From contig MU005970.1 in the NCBI GenBank assembly GCA_010093745.1, positions 205,549 through 269,548 on the forward strand: a DNA stretch of 64,000 nt. The letters are read 5' to 3'. The notes under the pieces were generated by a model that was not told the DNA's origin, did not search any database, and was given only the letters and a program-made list of their open reading frames with translations. Position numbers and translations under genes: made by a program. The DNA is from Piedraia hortae CBS 480.64. Its lineage: Eukaryota. Positions 1 to 9,899 of the stretch are shown in pieces; positions within the stretch are counted from its first letter, which is position 1; every line of letters begins with the position of its first letter.

Positions 1-2782
1 GCGGTGGATCATGTCGACATGCGAGTCGAACAAGTCCGAGGAGTGGTCAAAATCTGCGCAAAAGGATATGCGAAGCATACTTGCGGATCCACATTGGCTA
101 GATGTAAACCGTTACTACCCTACCATGGATACCTCAGAAGGACGTCTCGCGGCAGTGATCATTACCCTGGATTCACAACTCTGCAAAGCTTTCAAAGCGA
201 TATTCAGTGTGCTTTTGAACTCGCTCACTAGTGAAGCATCAACAGTTAGGTCCCGCGGACTGAAAAGCGTGGCACTCATACTTGATCGGGATCCGAGCAT
301 CCTCGACCGCGTACAGTCTATCCTCGCCCACATCGCGGTGTGTACTAGTGATCCCTCCCCGTTGGTACGAGATTCGGCATTGAAGCTCATCGAGGACTGC
401 CTCAAAAGGCGACCAAAGTTGGATGAAACCATGTGCGAGATGCTCATTAGTCGAACTCGCGACTCTGCCACTTTGGTGAGAAAGCGGGCTCTGAAGATGT
501 TGAAAGATGTGTACCTTCGCCAAGACTCGATCCGCTTACGCTCAGCGGTGGCGGAAGCTCTTATTGCACGAATGAGCGACAATGAAGAGAGCGTGGCCGA
601 TCTAGCCCGTCAGACAATTGTCGAAGTCTGGTTCTACCCGCTTCAGAAACAAGACCTTGATGGCAGCAAAGCCCTCGAAGCGCGAATGGAGCTGAATGCC
701 CAGGCGGGACTGTTGGTCAAGACCCTCGACAAAAACGACAGCATCAGAGACTTGCTTGGTGGATTTATCAAAGATCTTGCAGTGCAGACGAAGCAATCTG
801 CCAGCTTCTCAGCCGTTTTCGAGAAGCTCGTTGCAGTCTTATTCGATGGCATAATTGACTCTACAGACCTCCCTGAAACGCCAAGCCAGGCTGCCATCAT
901 CCGGTGCTTATCCGTGTTCGCTCGTGCTTGTCCCAAGCTGGTTACGGCTGAGCAGTTGGAGTGGCTAGAGCCGTATACGAAGAATTTAACAAAGTCGGAT
1001 GACCTGGAAGTGTTTCGTGCTGCCGTCATGGTGTTGCGCTATACTCTGCCTCATCAAAAGGCGTTGAAGCCGAATGCATTGATGGATTTGCAATCCTCGT
1101 TGCTGACGAGCATCGCTAAGCTTCCCAAGCAGGAACTCATCGAGGCCGTACCGTGCCTGTGGACTACAACCACAATGATAGGAAATCGAGACCGCCTTGT
1201 TAAATTCATCTCTTCAGCTCTGGTTGGCATCGATGGACTACGAAAAGCCGACCTCGGCTCCAATGCCACCAAGTTTGTCAAACTCGCGACCATTGTGGGA
1301 CAATTTGGTAATGCGTGTAACTTTGAGGGTCAGTTGTCGGCGTTCAAGGCTTGTCTGCCCATGTACAAGAGCGATTCTGTACCGGGACTGATGGTGGAAA
1401 TACTATGTCCTTTTGGGCTACCAAGACAACCTATGAACGTACGTGCGGTAGCTGTGGAGGCTGTCTGTACGGTGGCAAGGGCGTGGCCGAAGCTATTCCT
1501 GCGACCGGATGTGGTTTCTACCATGGAGCGCGGATTCACGAAGACGATTCCAGCGCTTGAGAAGGTTTTGCTGACAGAGCTGGATGAGTTTTTTATGTCA
1601 TCAGAGGCTGGCGAGTCTGTGGAGCCGGAGCAAGAGACTGGTCAAGAACGGCTAGGAAAGACATATGTCGCTACAGACCAAGACGGAGCATCGGCCTCAT
1701 TGGCCCAACGCTTCCTGCAGCCAATATTGCGATCGGCGTTCTCGGCCTCGGAGGATCTCGCTTGGGTTGCAGCTAAGCTTGTTGTTAGTATCAACCGTCA
1801 AGGTCTTGTGCATCCTAAAGAGTGCGGTCCTGCTCTGGTCGCGTTAGAGACAAGCCCCGTGGTTGCTATCAGCAAAATGGCGTTTGCAGAGCACCAGGCA
1901 CAGCACACCAAGCATGAGAGTCTATTTGACAAAGAATACATGCGAGCTGTGCAGTTGACGTTTGATTATCAACAAGATACGTTTAACAGTCCTCGAGGCT
2001 TCACCGGACAGCCTCCAGCTGCGAAGCTGGCTTTGCTATGGGAGGTTCTGAAAACGGCACGAGCACAAGTGCGAAAGAGGTTTCTCGGGAATCTTGTGCA
2101 GAAACTTGACCTCACAGCAACGGAGACTGGTTTAAGCGAGCGTCGACTTGCCTTTGTGCAGTTTTGCGTGGAAAATCTCGTCTTTTTAGACTACGACAAG
2201 GCGGATGAGCTGCAGCATGTCATTGCCGCTCTCGAGCGGACATTCTCAAAAACAGGCATGGCTATAGCGCAGGCGATTGAAAGCGAGGTGCTACGTTTAC
2301 GTATTGACGGACAGTCTGAAGCAGAGGTTGAAACGTCCCAACTTCAACGGCTGACAGCATCGGCGCAGGCTTGCTCTCTTTTATGGGAAGCCCGTTCTGC
2401 GCTTCGCAATATATGGAATCTTGGCAAAAAAGACAGCAATCTGAAGCAGGCTGCTGCTCCGAAACTCACACCCGCTGCAGCTGCAACAGCGGAAGCCTTC
2501 CTCAAGCAATCTGAACAGCTGGCCTCAAAAATATCATCACACGAGGAGATGAAAGCTGCGTGTGAGAAGTTTGTCGATCTCGTTTCCGTGGACAATGAAG
2601 TCGTTGTGTCAAAGTCCGACGGGGAAGAGAACGACATCGACAACGATGACGCAGAAGTAGAATGCTTCCCCTCGCCCGCCGTCGAAGGGGCCGCAGCACG
2701 TAAGCGAAAAGGCGATGGAAGTCGCACATCCACACCACGGAAAAAGGCCAAAGCCTCCGTAAGTCCCATGAAACCGATCTGA
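1..2782 (+). CDS. SCC2: Cohesin loader Scc2/Mis4/NIPBL, C-terminal part (5' end lies outside the window)
   Basis: HEAT-repeat region (STVRSRGLKS, DPSPLVRDSAL) and Nipped-B_C motif INRQGLVHPKECGPALVALETS; frame is open from the window start. Confidence 0.92.
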   Translation, partial: RWIMSTCESNKSEEWSKSAQKDMRSILADPHWLDVNRYYPTMDTSEGRLAAVIITLDSQLCKAFKAIFSVLLNSLTSEASTVRSRGLKSVALILDRDPSILDRVQSILAHIAVCTSDPSPLVRDSALKLIEDCLKRRPKLDETMCEMLISRTRDSATLVRKRALKMLKDVYLRQDSIRLRSAVAEALIARMSDNEESVADLARQTIVEVWFYPLQKQDLDGSKALEARMELNAQAGLLVKTLDKNDSIRDLLGGFIKDLAVQTKQSASFSAVFEKLVAVLFDGIIDSTDLPETPSQAAIIRCLSVFARACPKLVTAEQLEWLEPYTKNLTKSDDLEVFRAAVMVLRYTLPHQKALKPNALMDLQSSLLTSIAKLPKQELIEAVPCLWTTTTMIGNRDRLVKFISSALVGIDGLRKADLGSNATKFVKLATIVGQFGNACNFEGQLSAFKACLPMYKSDSVPGLMVEILCPFGLPRQPMNVRAVAVEAVCTVARAWPKLFLRPDVVSTMERGFTKTIPALEKVLLTELDEFFMSSEAGESVEPEQETGQERLGKTYVATDQDGASASLAQRFLQPILRSAFSASEDLAWVAAKLVVSINRQGLVHPKECGPALVALETSPVVAISKMAFAEHQAQHTKHESLFDKEYMRAVQLTFDYQQDTFNSPRGFTGQPPAAKLALLWEVLKTARAQVRKRFLGNLVQKLDLTATETGLSERRLAFVQFCVENLVFLDYDKADELQHVIAALERTFSKTGMAIAQAIESEVLRLRIDGQSEAEVETSQLQRLTASAQACSLLWEARSALRNIWNLGKKDSNLKQAAAPKLTPAAAATAEAFLKQSEQLASKISSHEEMKAACEKFVDLVSVDNEVVVSKSDGEENDIDNDDAEVECFPSPAVEGAAARKRKGDGSRTSTPRKKAKASVSPMKPI

Positions 2783-2831
2783 GACTAATGTATCATTACT
2801 CATCATCTTCTTGACTGTGTACATGCGTATT

Positions 2832-3806
2832 TCATTCTCGCCTTTCCGGCGCAGTTTTCACATACACCTCCCCATCCTCCGTCCCAAAATACACCGCCAC
2901 GGGCTTCTGTCCTCCAGGAACACCCTTCTCCCTCGCCTCCTCCCCATTCAACCCACAAAACAGCCCCACCTCAAGCACCCCATTGATCTCTTTAATCGCC
3001 CTCGCCAGCGAAATCACATCCCACCCCTCCCCCTCCCCCTCGCCATCCAACCCATTCCTCAACCTCGCAAACGGCGCATCAACGATATAAAAACTCTGGT
3101 CCGTCTGCACGGGCCCCGACTTCGAGATCGTATGCTCCCTCACCTTGGGAGCTTTAGCCCCCAGCCCCTCCAACTCCTTCAGCACAGAAACATACGCAAT
3201 CGGCGCGACCTCAATCGGCACGCTCGGCCACGAAGTCAACAACCTCTTTTGATCCTTCCTCCAATCAGCAATACACACGAATTTTCTACTCCTGCACGCC
3301 ACGAGTTTCTCCTGAAAGAGACAAGCCCCACCCCCTTTAATACAATTCAACTCCTCATCAACCTCATCCGCCCCATCGAAACAAACATCTAGTTCCCGAC
3401 CTGCGGGGAGTGAGTCAAAGGCTATAGGGATGAGACCTGCGGACTCGATCACTTTGCGCGAGTTCCACCCTGTCGGGACGAAGTAGTTAGTATGACCCGC
3501 CGGAGGGGGGTGGGTGGATAAATGGGCTTTGATGGCGTCCACGCCGTAGACGATTGTGCTGCCGCTGCCGATGCCGATGTAGGACATAGTGGAGGAAAAG
3601 TGCGTGGAGATGGCGAGTTGGGCAGCCAGGCGTTTCGCCCGCTCGACGCGCAGGGAGAGGGTGCCCGGGGGATGTTCTTCGGCGGTGCGGGCTTCGGCGG
3701 GTGAGGTCAGGGTGGTTGGTTCCGCTGCGGTGGGGGGGAGGGTTGAGGTGGAGGGGGGGAATTCCGTGGGATCTATGGCTTTTGAGCCCGACGAGTGCGT
3801 TGTCAT
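2832..3806 (-). CDS. RKI1: Ribose-5-phosphate isomerase A
   Basis: GIGSGSTI, FDGADEVD, IKGGGACLFQEKLVA, GVLEVGLF motifs; ATG at 3806 preferred. Confidence 0.95.
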   Translation of the reverse strand: MTTHSSGSKAIDPTEFPPSTSTLPPTAAEPTTLTSPAEARTAEEHPPGTLSLRVERAKRLAAQLAISTHFSSTMSYIGIGSGSTIVYGVDAIKAHLSTHPPPAGHTNYFVPTGWNSRKVIESAGLIPIAFDSLPAGRELDVCFDGADEVDEELNCIKGGGACLFQEKLVACRSRKFVCIADWRKDQKRLLTSWPSVPIEVAPIAYVSVLKELEGLGAKAPKVREHTISKSGPVQTDQSFYIVDAPFARLRNGLDGEGEGEGWDVISLARAIKEINGVLEVGLFCGLNGEEAREKGVPGGQKPVAVYFGTEDGEVYVKTAPERRE

Positions 3807-3981
3807 TTTGGATTTTGCGTGGTGGTGGGGTAGCTGTGTAAGCGAACAGGGTGGTATATAAGGTGACGTCATATGACGTTGTCGCTCAACTTTTGGCAAA
3901 CGTATATAGCACCGGTGGGCTTTCTAGAGATTCAGCCCGATCACGTAGTCAACGCGACTAGTCATTAACACTGCCTACAAT

Positions 3982-5625
3982 ATGATAGAAGCATCCCTCC
4001 CACCCCCCCTCCAAGACCTCCCCACGGCAAAGGAAAAAAAATACGACCGCCAGCTCCGCCTCTGGGGCGCTTCCGGCCAGGCTGCCCTTGAAGAAACCCA
4101 CCTCCTCCTCATAAACTCCGGGGCAGGGGTAGTAGGGGGTGAAATCCTCAAAAACCTCGTCCTCCCCGGGTTAGGCGAGCTTACGATCCTCGATGGTCGG
4201 ACTGTCGAAGCAGCGGACCTAGGGGTCAATTTCTTCGTCGAAGATGCGTCCATTGGAAAGAGCCGTGCACAAGAGATGGTTAGATTGCTTGGGGAGTTGA
4301 ACCCTTCTGTGAAGGTACATGCGGTTTCGCAACCGTTGGCTGCGTTTCTTGAGGATGAGAGCGCGCTGGATCGGTTTGGGATTGTGTTGATCGCTGCGCC
4401 GGTTGAGGCGGGGTTGGTGGAGAAGGTGCTTCGCTTCGCGAGGAGGAGGGATGTTCCGGTCTTTTGGATCCATTCGATGGGGTTTATGTCGAGTTTTTCG
4501 GTTGCCCTCCCGGGTGCGTTTCCCGTTGTGGAGACACATCCTGATCCGTCTGCGACTAGGGATTTACGGGCGCTTACCCCGTGGGAGGAGTTGAGGGAGT
4601 TTGTGGGGAGACAGTGTGCTGGATTGGAGGAGGGGACTTTGACGGATGAGGCTAAGGGACATATTCCTTATCTCTGTTTACTGATCTGGTATCTTGAGAG
4701 GTGGAAGAGGGAGCATGATGGGAACCCGCCCAAGACGTTCAAGGAGAAGGATGAGTTTCGGAAGTTACTGGCACAAGAGGATGAGGAGAACTTTGATGAG
4801 GCCGCCGCTGCTGTTGTGAGTACAGTCACGCAGCATAGAATCCCGGGGGGTGTGAGGGATATTTTATCTGCACCGGAAGCGAGGGATTTAACGAAAGAGT
4901 CGGCTTCGTTTTGGGTTATTGCGAATGCGATTGGGCGGTTTGTGGATGAACATGGTGAACTGCCGCTGCCAGGCGGTTTGCCTGATATGAAGGCTCGTTC
5001 GGCAGATTATATCGAGTTGCAGAACATCTATAAGGCCAAGGCGAGAAGGGACTGTGCTGAAGTGGTGAAACATGTTCGACGGTTGGAAAGGGAGTTGGGG
5101 AGGTTGGCTATTGATGAAAAAGAGATTGAATTGTTCTGCAAAGGCGCGGCACATGTACATCTCGTACGTGGACGGCCGTTTCCAATTGCATTTCCAGGCA
5201 CAGAGGTGCAGTTTGGAGACTCTGCCGCTGCTCTGAAGATGAACCTCTCCATGACAGATTCGCTAGTCCCGTTGTACATTGCGTTTCTAGCTTGGGACTT
5301 GGCTAGTAAAATCCCCGGCACGGGCGACTACGAAGATGAGGCAACTTCGCTTACGAACTCTGCGTTGGCGATTCTAGGCCAGCTAATAGCACAGGCGGAG
5401 AGTACACTAGAAGATGACGAGCACGACGAGATCGAGCAGAGGATAGAGAAATATTGCCGTGAGCTGACAAGGGCAGGAAGCGGCGAACTACACAACATTG
5501 CTGCCTTAACAGGCGGACTCGTCGCCCAGGAAGTCATCAAGGTCATCACGCATCAGTACATTCCCGTTGACAATACTTGCCTCTTTGATGGTGTGGCGAG
5601 TGTGAGCCAAGTCGTGAGACTTTGA
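3982..5625 (+). CDS. ULA1: NEDD8-activating enzyme E1 regulatory subunit (APP-BP1/NAE1)
   Basis: KYDRQLRLWGASGQ, EILKNLVLPG, LPDMKA, ELHNIAALTGGLVAQEVIKVITHQYIP. Confidence 0.95.
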   Translation: MIEASLPPPLQDLPTAKEKKYDRQLRLWGASGQAALEETHLLLINSGAGVVGGEILKNLVLPGLGELTILDGRTVEAADLGVNFFVEDASIGKSRAQEMVRLLGELNPSVKVHAVSQPLAAFLEDESALDRFGIVLIAAPVEAGLVEKVLRFARRRDVPVFWIHSMGFMSSFSVALPGAFPVVETHPDPSATRDLRALTPWEELREFVGRQCAGLEEGTLTDEAKGHIPYLCLLIWYLERWKREHDGNPPKTFKEKDEFRKLLAQEDEENFDEAAAAVVSTVTQHRIPGGVRDILSAPEARDLTKESASFWVIANAIGRFVDEHGELPLPGGLPDMKARSADYIELQNIYKAKARRDCAEVVKHVRRLERELGRLAIDEKEIELFCKGAAHVHLVRGRPFPIAFPGTEVQFGDSAAALKMNLSMTDSLVPLYIAFLAWDLASKIPGTGDYEDEATSLTNSALAILGQLIAQAESTLEDDEHDEIEQRIEKYCRELTRAGSGELHNIAALTGGLVAQEVIKVITHQYIPVDNTCLFDGVASVSQVVRL

Positions 5626-5651
5626 GGCCCCGCACCGGAACAAAACTCTTC

Positions 5652-6922
5652 ATGGTCGTCGTAGTTCTCGGGTAGATCCAACTGTCTTAATTAGAGGGAA
5701 TATTTAATGATGAATGTCATAGAGCAGGTGTTTCCGGCCTCACAACAGCGCTGTTGCTGGCCCGTCGTCCAAATGCGTCCTCAATCACCGTTATCGCCAA
5801 GCATATGCCCGGCGACTACGATATCGAATATGCCAGTCCATGGGCTGGAGCGAACTACCTTCCGTCGGTCTCAGTGTCACCGTTCTCACCATCTCTAACC
5901 ATAACACAGCGTAGCAAAACCAGGAACAGCCTCTGAAAAGTACGAACGCGAGACCTGGCCCGAACTGTCCCATCTCGCCAAAAACGTACCCGAAGCAGGA
6001 ATCCATTTTCAGCGTCAGTCTCACCCTACTATGCCTCTCTACTAATCCTCATCAGCAACCTATGTCTACCGCAGAGACAAAGACACCCAAGGCGCAACAG
6101 CCGACTGGACATCCGAACTCGTCAAACCTGACGCCTGGTTCAAAGACGTGGTCCCAAACGTAAGTTCGCTCCAATACTCATCCACAACAACTCACAAACC
6201 CCCCGTTCCGCGCCCTCGAGGCTCATGAACTCCCCAGCGGAATCGATGGCGGAAGCACATTCACATCCGTCTGCATCAACACAGCGCTATATCTCCCGTG
6301 GCTCGCATCCCAATGTCTCGCCCATGGTGTAGTCCTCCGCCGCGGAACCGTCACCCGCATTTCTGACGCAGCGAGGCTGCACCACACAAACCGCATCGCA
6401 GATGTGGTTGTCAACTGTACAGGCCTCTCATCTCTCCACCTCGGCGGTGTCAGTGACCCGAACGTCTACCCCGCACGCGGTCAAATCGTTCTCGTACGGA
6501 ATGATCCGGGTGTTATGTCTACCGTGTCGGGTACGGATGACGGGGATGATGAGGCGATGTATATCATGGCTCGTGCTGCGGGTGGTGGTACCGTCCTCGG
6601 TGGATGTCTTCAGAATAATCGCTGGGAAAGTCAACCCGATCCTAACCTTGCGGTTAGGATCATGAAGCGCTGTGTGGAACTTTGTCCGCAGTTGGTTAAC
6701 CCTGGTGAGGGAATCGAGGGACTGAGTATTGTCCGTCATGGGGTGGGTTTAAGGCCTATGAGGCATGGTGGGATAAGGGTCGAGGTTGAGAATGTTGCTT
6801 CGCCTGAGGGTGGGTCCGTCTGTGTGGTCCATAATTATGGACATGGTGGTTATGGGTTTCAGACTTCATACGGGGCAGCTAAGTGCGCGGTTGAACTGGT
6901 GGTTGCGAAGACGGGGCAATGA
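5652..6922 (+). CDS. DAO1: D-amino acid oxidase (5 exons)
   Basis: Spliced MVVVVLG|AGVSGL Rossmann motif, [37 protein letters not shown]; four introns between about 5672 and 6220. Confidence 0.9.
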
Positions 6923-8140
6923 TGCTGGGCATTGATTGACGGGTTGGATGAAGAGATCGATCAGATTCAGTGGCAGTGTCTGACAATACTGTGCATTCGT
7001 TTCTTTTTTGGGAGCGAGTATGGCCTCTCTACAGACATGACTGTCCTTCCCGAGTAGGCCTTGTCCACCATTTTCTTGTAGTGTTGTTTGACTTCAATCC
7101 ATCAAGTCTCACAAACCGCTCATCGGAAAAGCCAATCGAACTTCAGTTCTGCAATATCATTCATCCATGAGTGCGGCCCAGCACCTTCGTGGTCTTCATT
7201 CGAGCATACACGCCTATTCATTGACTTGGCCGTACACGCTTCGTTTGTCGCGGTTGACTTCCGCGCACGGTTCTAATTCCGCTCTCATCACATCACATCT
7301 CCCCGCGCGGAGTCTTTCTTCTCTCAACACAACTACAACCAAAGTGATGAAAGGCCTTCTACAGTCCTACCATTCCCCTTTCCGAAAGGGAGGTCGGCGG
7401 ATGATGAGGAAGTGCTCCGGGGTCTACTCACCACCCTTGACGGAGCAGTGCTTTATCTGATTGGATATGTTGTGTTTGTCTCCCTGAATGGGGCTTGACA
7501 TCTGGATGGATAGATGGGGAGGTTCGGGGTGGGTGTGGGTGTGTAGATGTGCACCGCTGGGGATTGCTACGCAGAGATGTTCGTCTTGTAAAGACGTGGC
7601 GGTTGGCTACGATGCATGTGGCGAGTCGTACATCCGAGAATCTTCAACAATTGACCCTATAATCTAGCTATGTGCATCTCTTGACGTAGTATATCAAAGC
7701 CATGGCCATGTCTGTGCGCAAACTGACGTCGTCAGCTTCGAAAAACACCATGAAATCACATCTCCAGCGATCAAGGCCTTACAGAATAGACTCCCCACCC
7801 GGCGCAAACTGATATCGCTTGTGCAGGCTCGATTACGTCTTGTAGTAGCTGGCAGAGGAAGGTTTGGTTGGCTGGCGGAAAGCTTTTCAGGTTCAATGGG
7901 CCTAAGCGTAAGGCTCCGCCTAGTTTCCGGGTATTGCCGCCAATTAGCCCATGGTCGCAACGACGTTCAAGAGAGGTATGCAGGCCTAGTATGCAGGCCT
8001 ATCTCACCGCTGGCATCGGACGAAAGCGACGGCGAAAAAAGAAGGATCATAGGTTGATCAGTAAAGCATGTAGCGATGAGGCTCTCGTTGATGGGAGTGC
8101 GCAGCGTCCCGAACTAAGAAGACGAAGCGATAGACGGAAA

Positions 8141-8431
8141 TTGACAACAGGGACAGGACAGATGCAGATAGATATGAGTCAATATCAGTGTCGATGTGAC
8201 TGTGTGAATGACTATCTTTCACAAAATGAGGGGACGTTCAGAATAAAGATTCTGTACCGGTGGGCCGGTGACGTCACGTCGTACGCTAACGGGGCGCATT
8301 CGCCATGTGACATATGACATGACCCTGAGGGAAAACCTCTGTGAGGGAAAACCTAGGGTGCAGCTGGTAGTGTAGGAGGAGGTATCGCTGACTTGCTATG
8401 CAAGTGCCCTGCATATGCGTTAGCGGCGACA
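8141..8431 (-). mobile_element. Degenerate copia-type solo LTR (inverted relative of 12132-12523)
   Basis: Reverse complement aligns by eye in two blocks with 12180-12265 and 12370-12415 (CTGCACCCTAGGTTTT...CAGGGTCATGTC...GAATGCGCCC). Confidence 0.75.
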
Positions 8432-8939
8432 GAGCCGCGCACATCCGCCTTCGCCGTCGCATTGTAATCAAACAGGCTGCTGCTGCCGCCCTCGGTCAAC
8501 ATTTCGTACGCTACGCCGATGATGAGCAGTAATCCATCATCTTTCTCTTCTTCAAGGGTCAAAGACAAGGCGGCCATGTTTTTGTCGTCCATGCTGAGAT
8601 TCGCGACGTGTTGATGTTGCGTGTGAGGTCGAAGGAAATTTTACCACGTTGATGCTCCTGCTCTAGGCAGCGAGCACCACCATTCGCTAAGGCCTGCAGC
8701 TCCAACGTGACACCCCTCAACTTTTTCTCGACAGTGATCTCCACTGTTCGTAAATAGACTATCGGAAGGAGATCCAACATGATGTACTTCAAATTCTCAT
8801 CGCCCATCTTGGACAAAGTCAAGTTGCCAGAAGACTACATTGAGCAGGGTGCACAGCTCGAAAAGGAATTGAGAGCTCACGAGTCCCCCAGGGGTCATAA
8901 AACTTCTCCACCCTAGAAAAAGCCTGTAGGGTCGGACAG

Positions 8940-9840
8940 TTCTACATGGATCGGGGCCTTTAACGGTTGGCTGAAAGGTTGTTCAGAAAGGCGCTTTGGG
9001 TTTATGCGAACACATTGGGATTGAGCGATCTCAAGACAGCCAGCGTTCTGCACGAGTTGGACCAAAGTTTGATCTCACAAGCAAAGCATGGCGAGGCCAT
9101 GGTACACTATCAATGTGAGCTTGGGGGGCTAAGCCAAAGTGCGCGACTTCAAATCGCTGGCCCATGGGGGGCTGTCGGTCAAATTAACCTATGCCAATAC
9201 CGTTACAAGGAAGCTGTACCCTGGCTTGAAAAGCCTAGAAGTGGGTTACTCATGTGACATCTCAATGCTGAGCACACGCCACAGCCTAGGCGTAGCTTAC
9301 ACTGAGCTGGGGAAGTTCAAAAAGTCTGAGTGTTACTTTAAACGATCACTTGAAGAGGCCAACTTATTGCTTGGATCTGAACACAAACTGGTCATACTGA
9401 TTTCTCGTGCATTACGTGGTCTATACGAAGACAGTGGTGTAAGTGAAAAGGCCGAACTGCTTTACGAAACGGTCCTCTTCCGTTGTCGAGAGTTTTATGG
9501 AGACGACCATGAGGATACTTTCCATGCTATGCACGCGCCAGGCTGCATATACCTTGTCCTTCGCAAGTTTGCTCAAGCGCAACAAATGCTTTTCCAAGCT
9601 CTACCGAGATTTGAGCGACACTATGGGTCAAATCACGAATTGACGCTTGATCTTAAGAGATACATCCGTATGCTACCAGCTCACCATGGATGGGATATAG
9701 AGGCACAAACGATGGACATCCCAGCCTTTAATGATGAAGAACAACGGGTAGAACGTATTGCACGCATTGTCAGCGTCGTAATAATTTCTTTGATCTTTGT
9801 TGGCATTGTGGGCTTGCCTATGCTAGGTAAAATACCGTAG
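8940..9840 (+). pseudogene. Frameshifted TPR-repeat protein (kinesin-light-chain/NLR-type TPRs) with a C-terminal hydrophobic helix
   Basis: TPR consensus in two frames: AERLFRKAL..LG; HSLGVAYTELGKFKKSE; YGDDHEDTFHAM; YGSNHELTL. Confidence 0.7.
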
Positions 9841-9899
9841 CTAAGCCCACAATTTTCACGCCTCAAAAAGACAGAAACTAATACTCAAGGCCAGTAGTT

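Noticed and set aside
6970..8100. Possible gene on the minus strand (MSSPIQGDKH...)
   Set aside because: Many stops and no recognisable family; may be a decayed gene but cannot be supported
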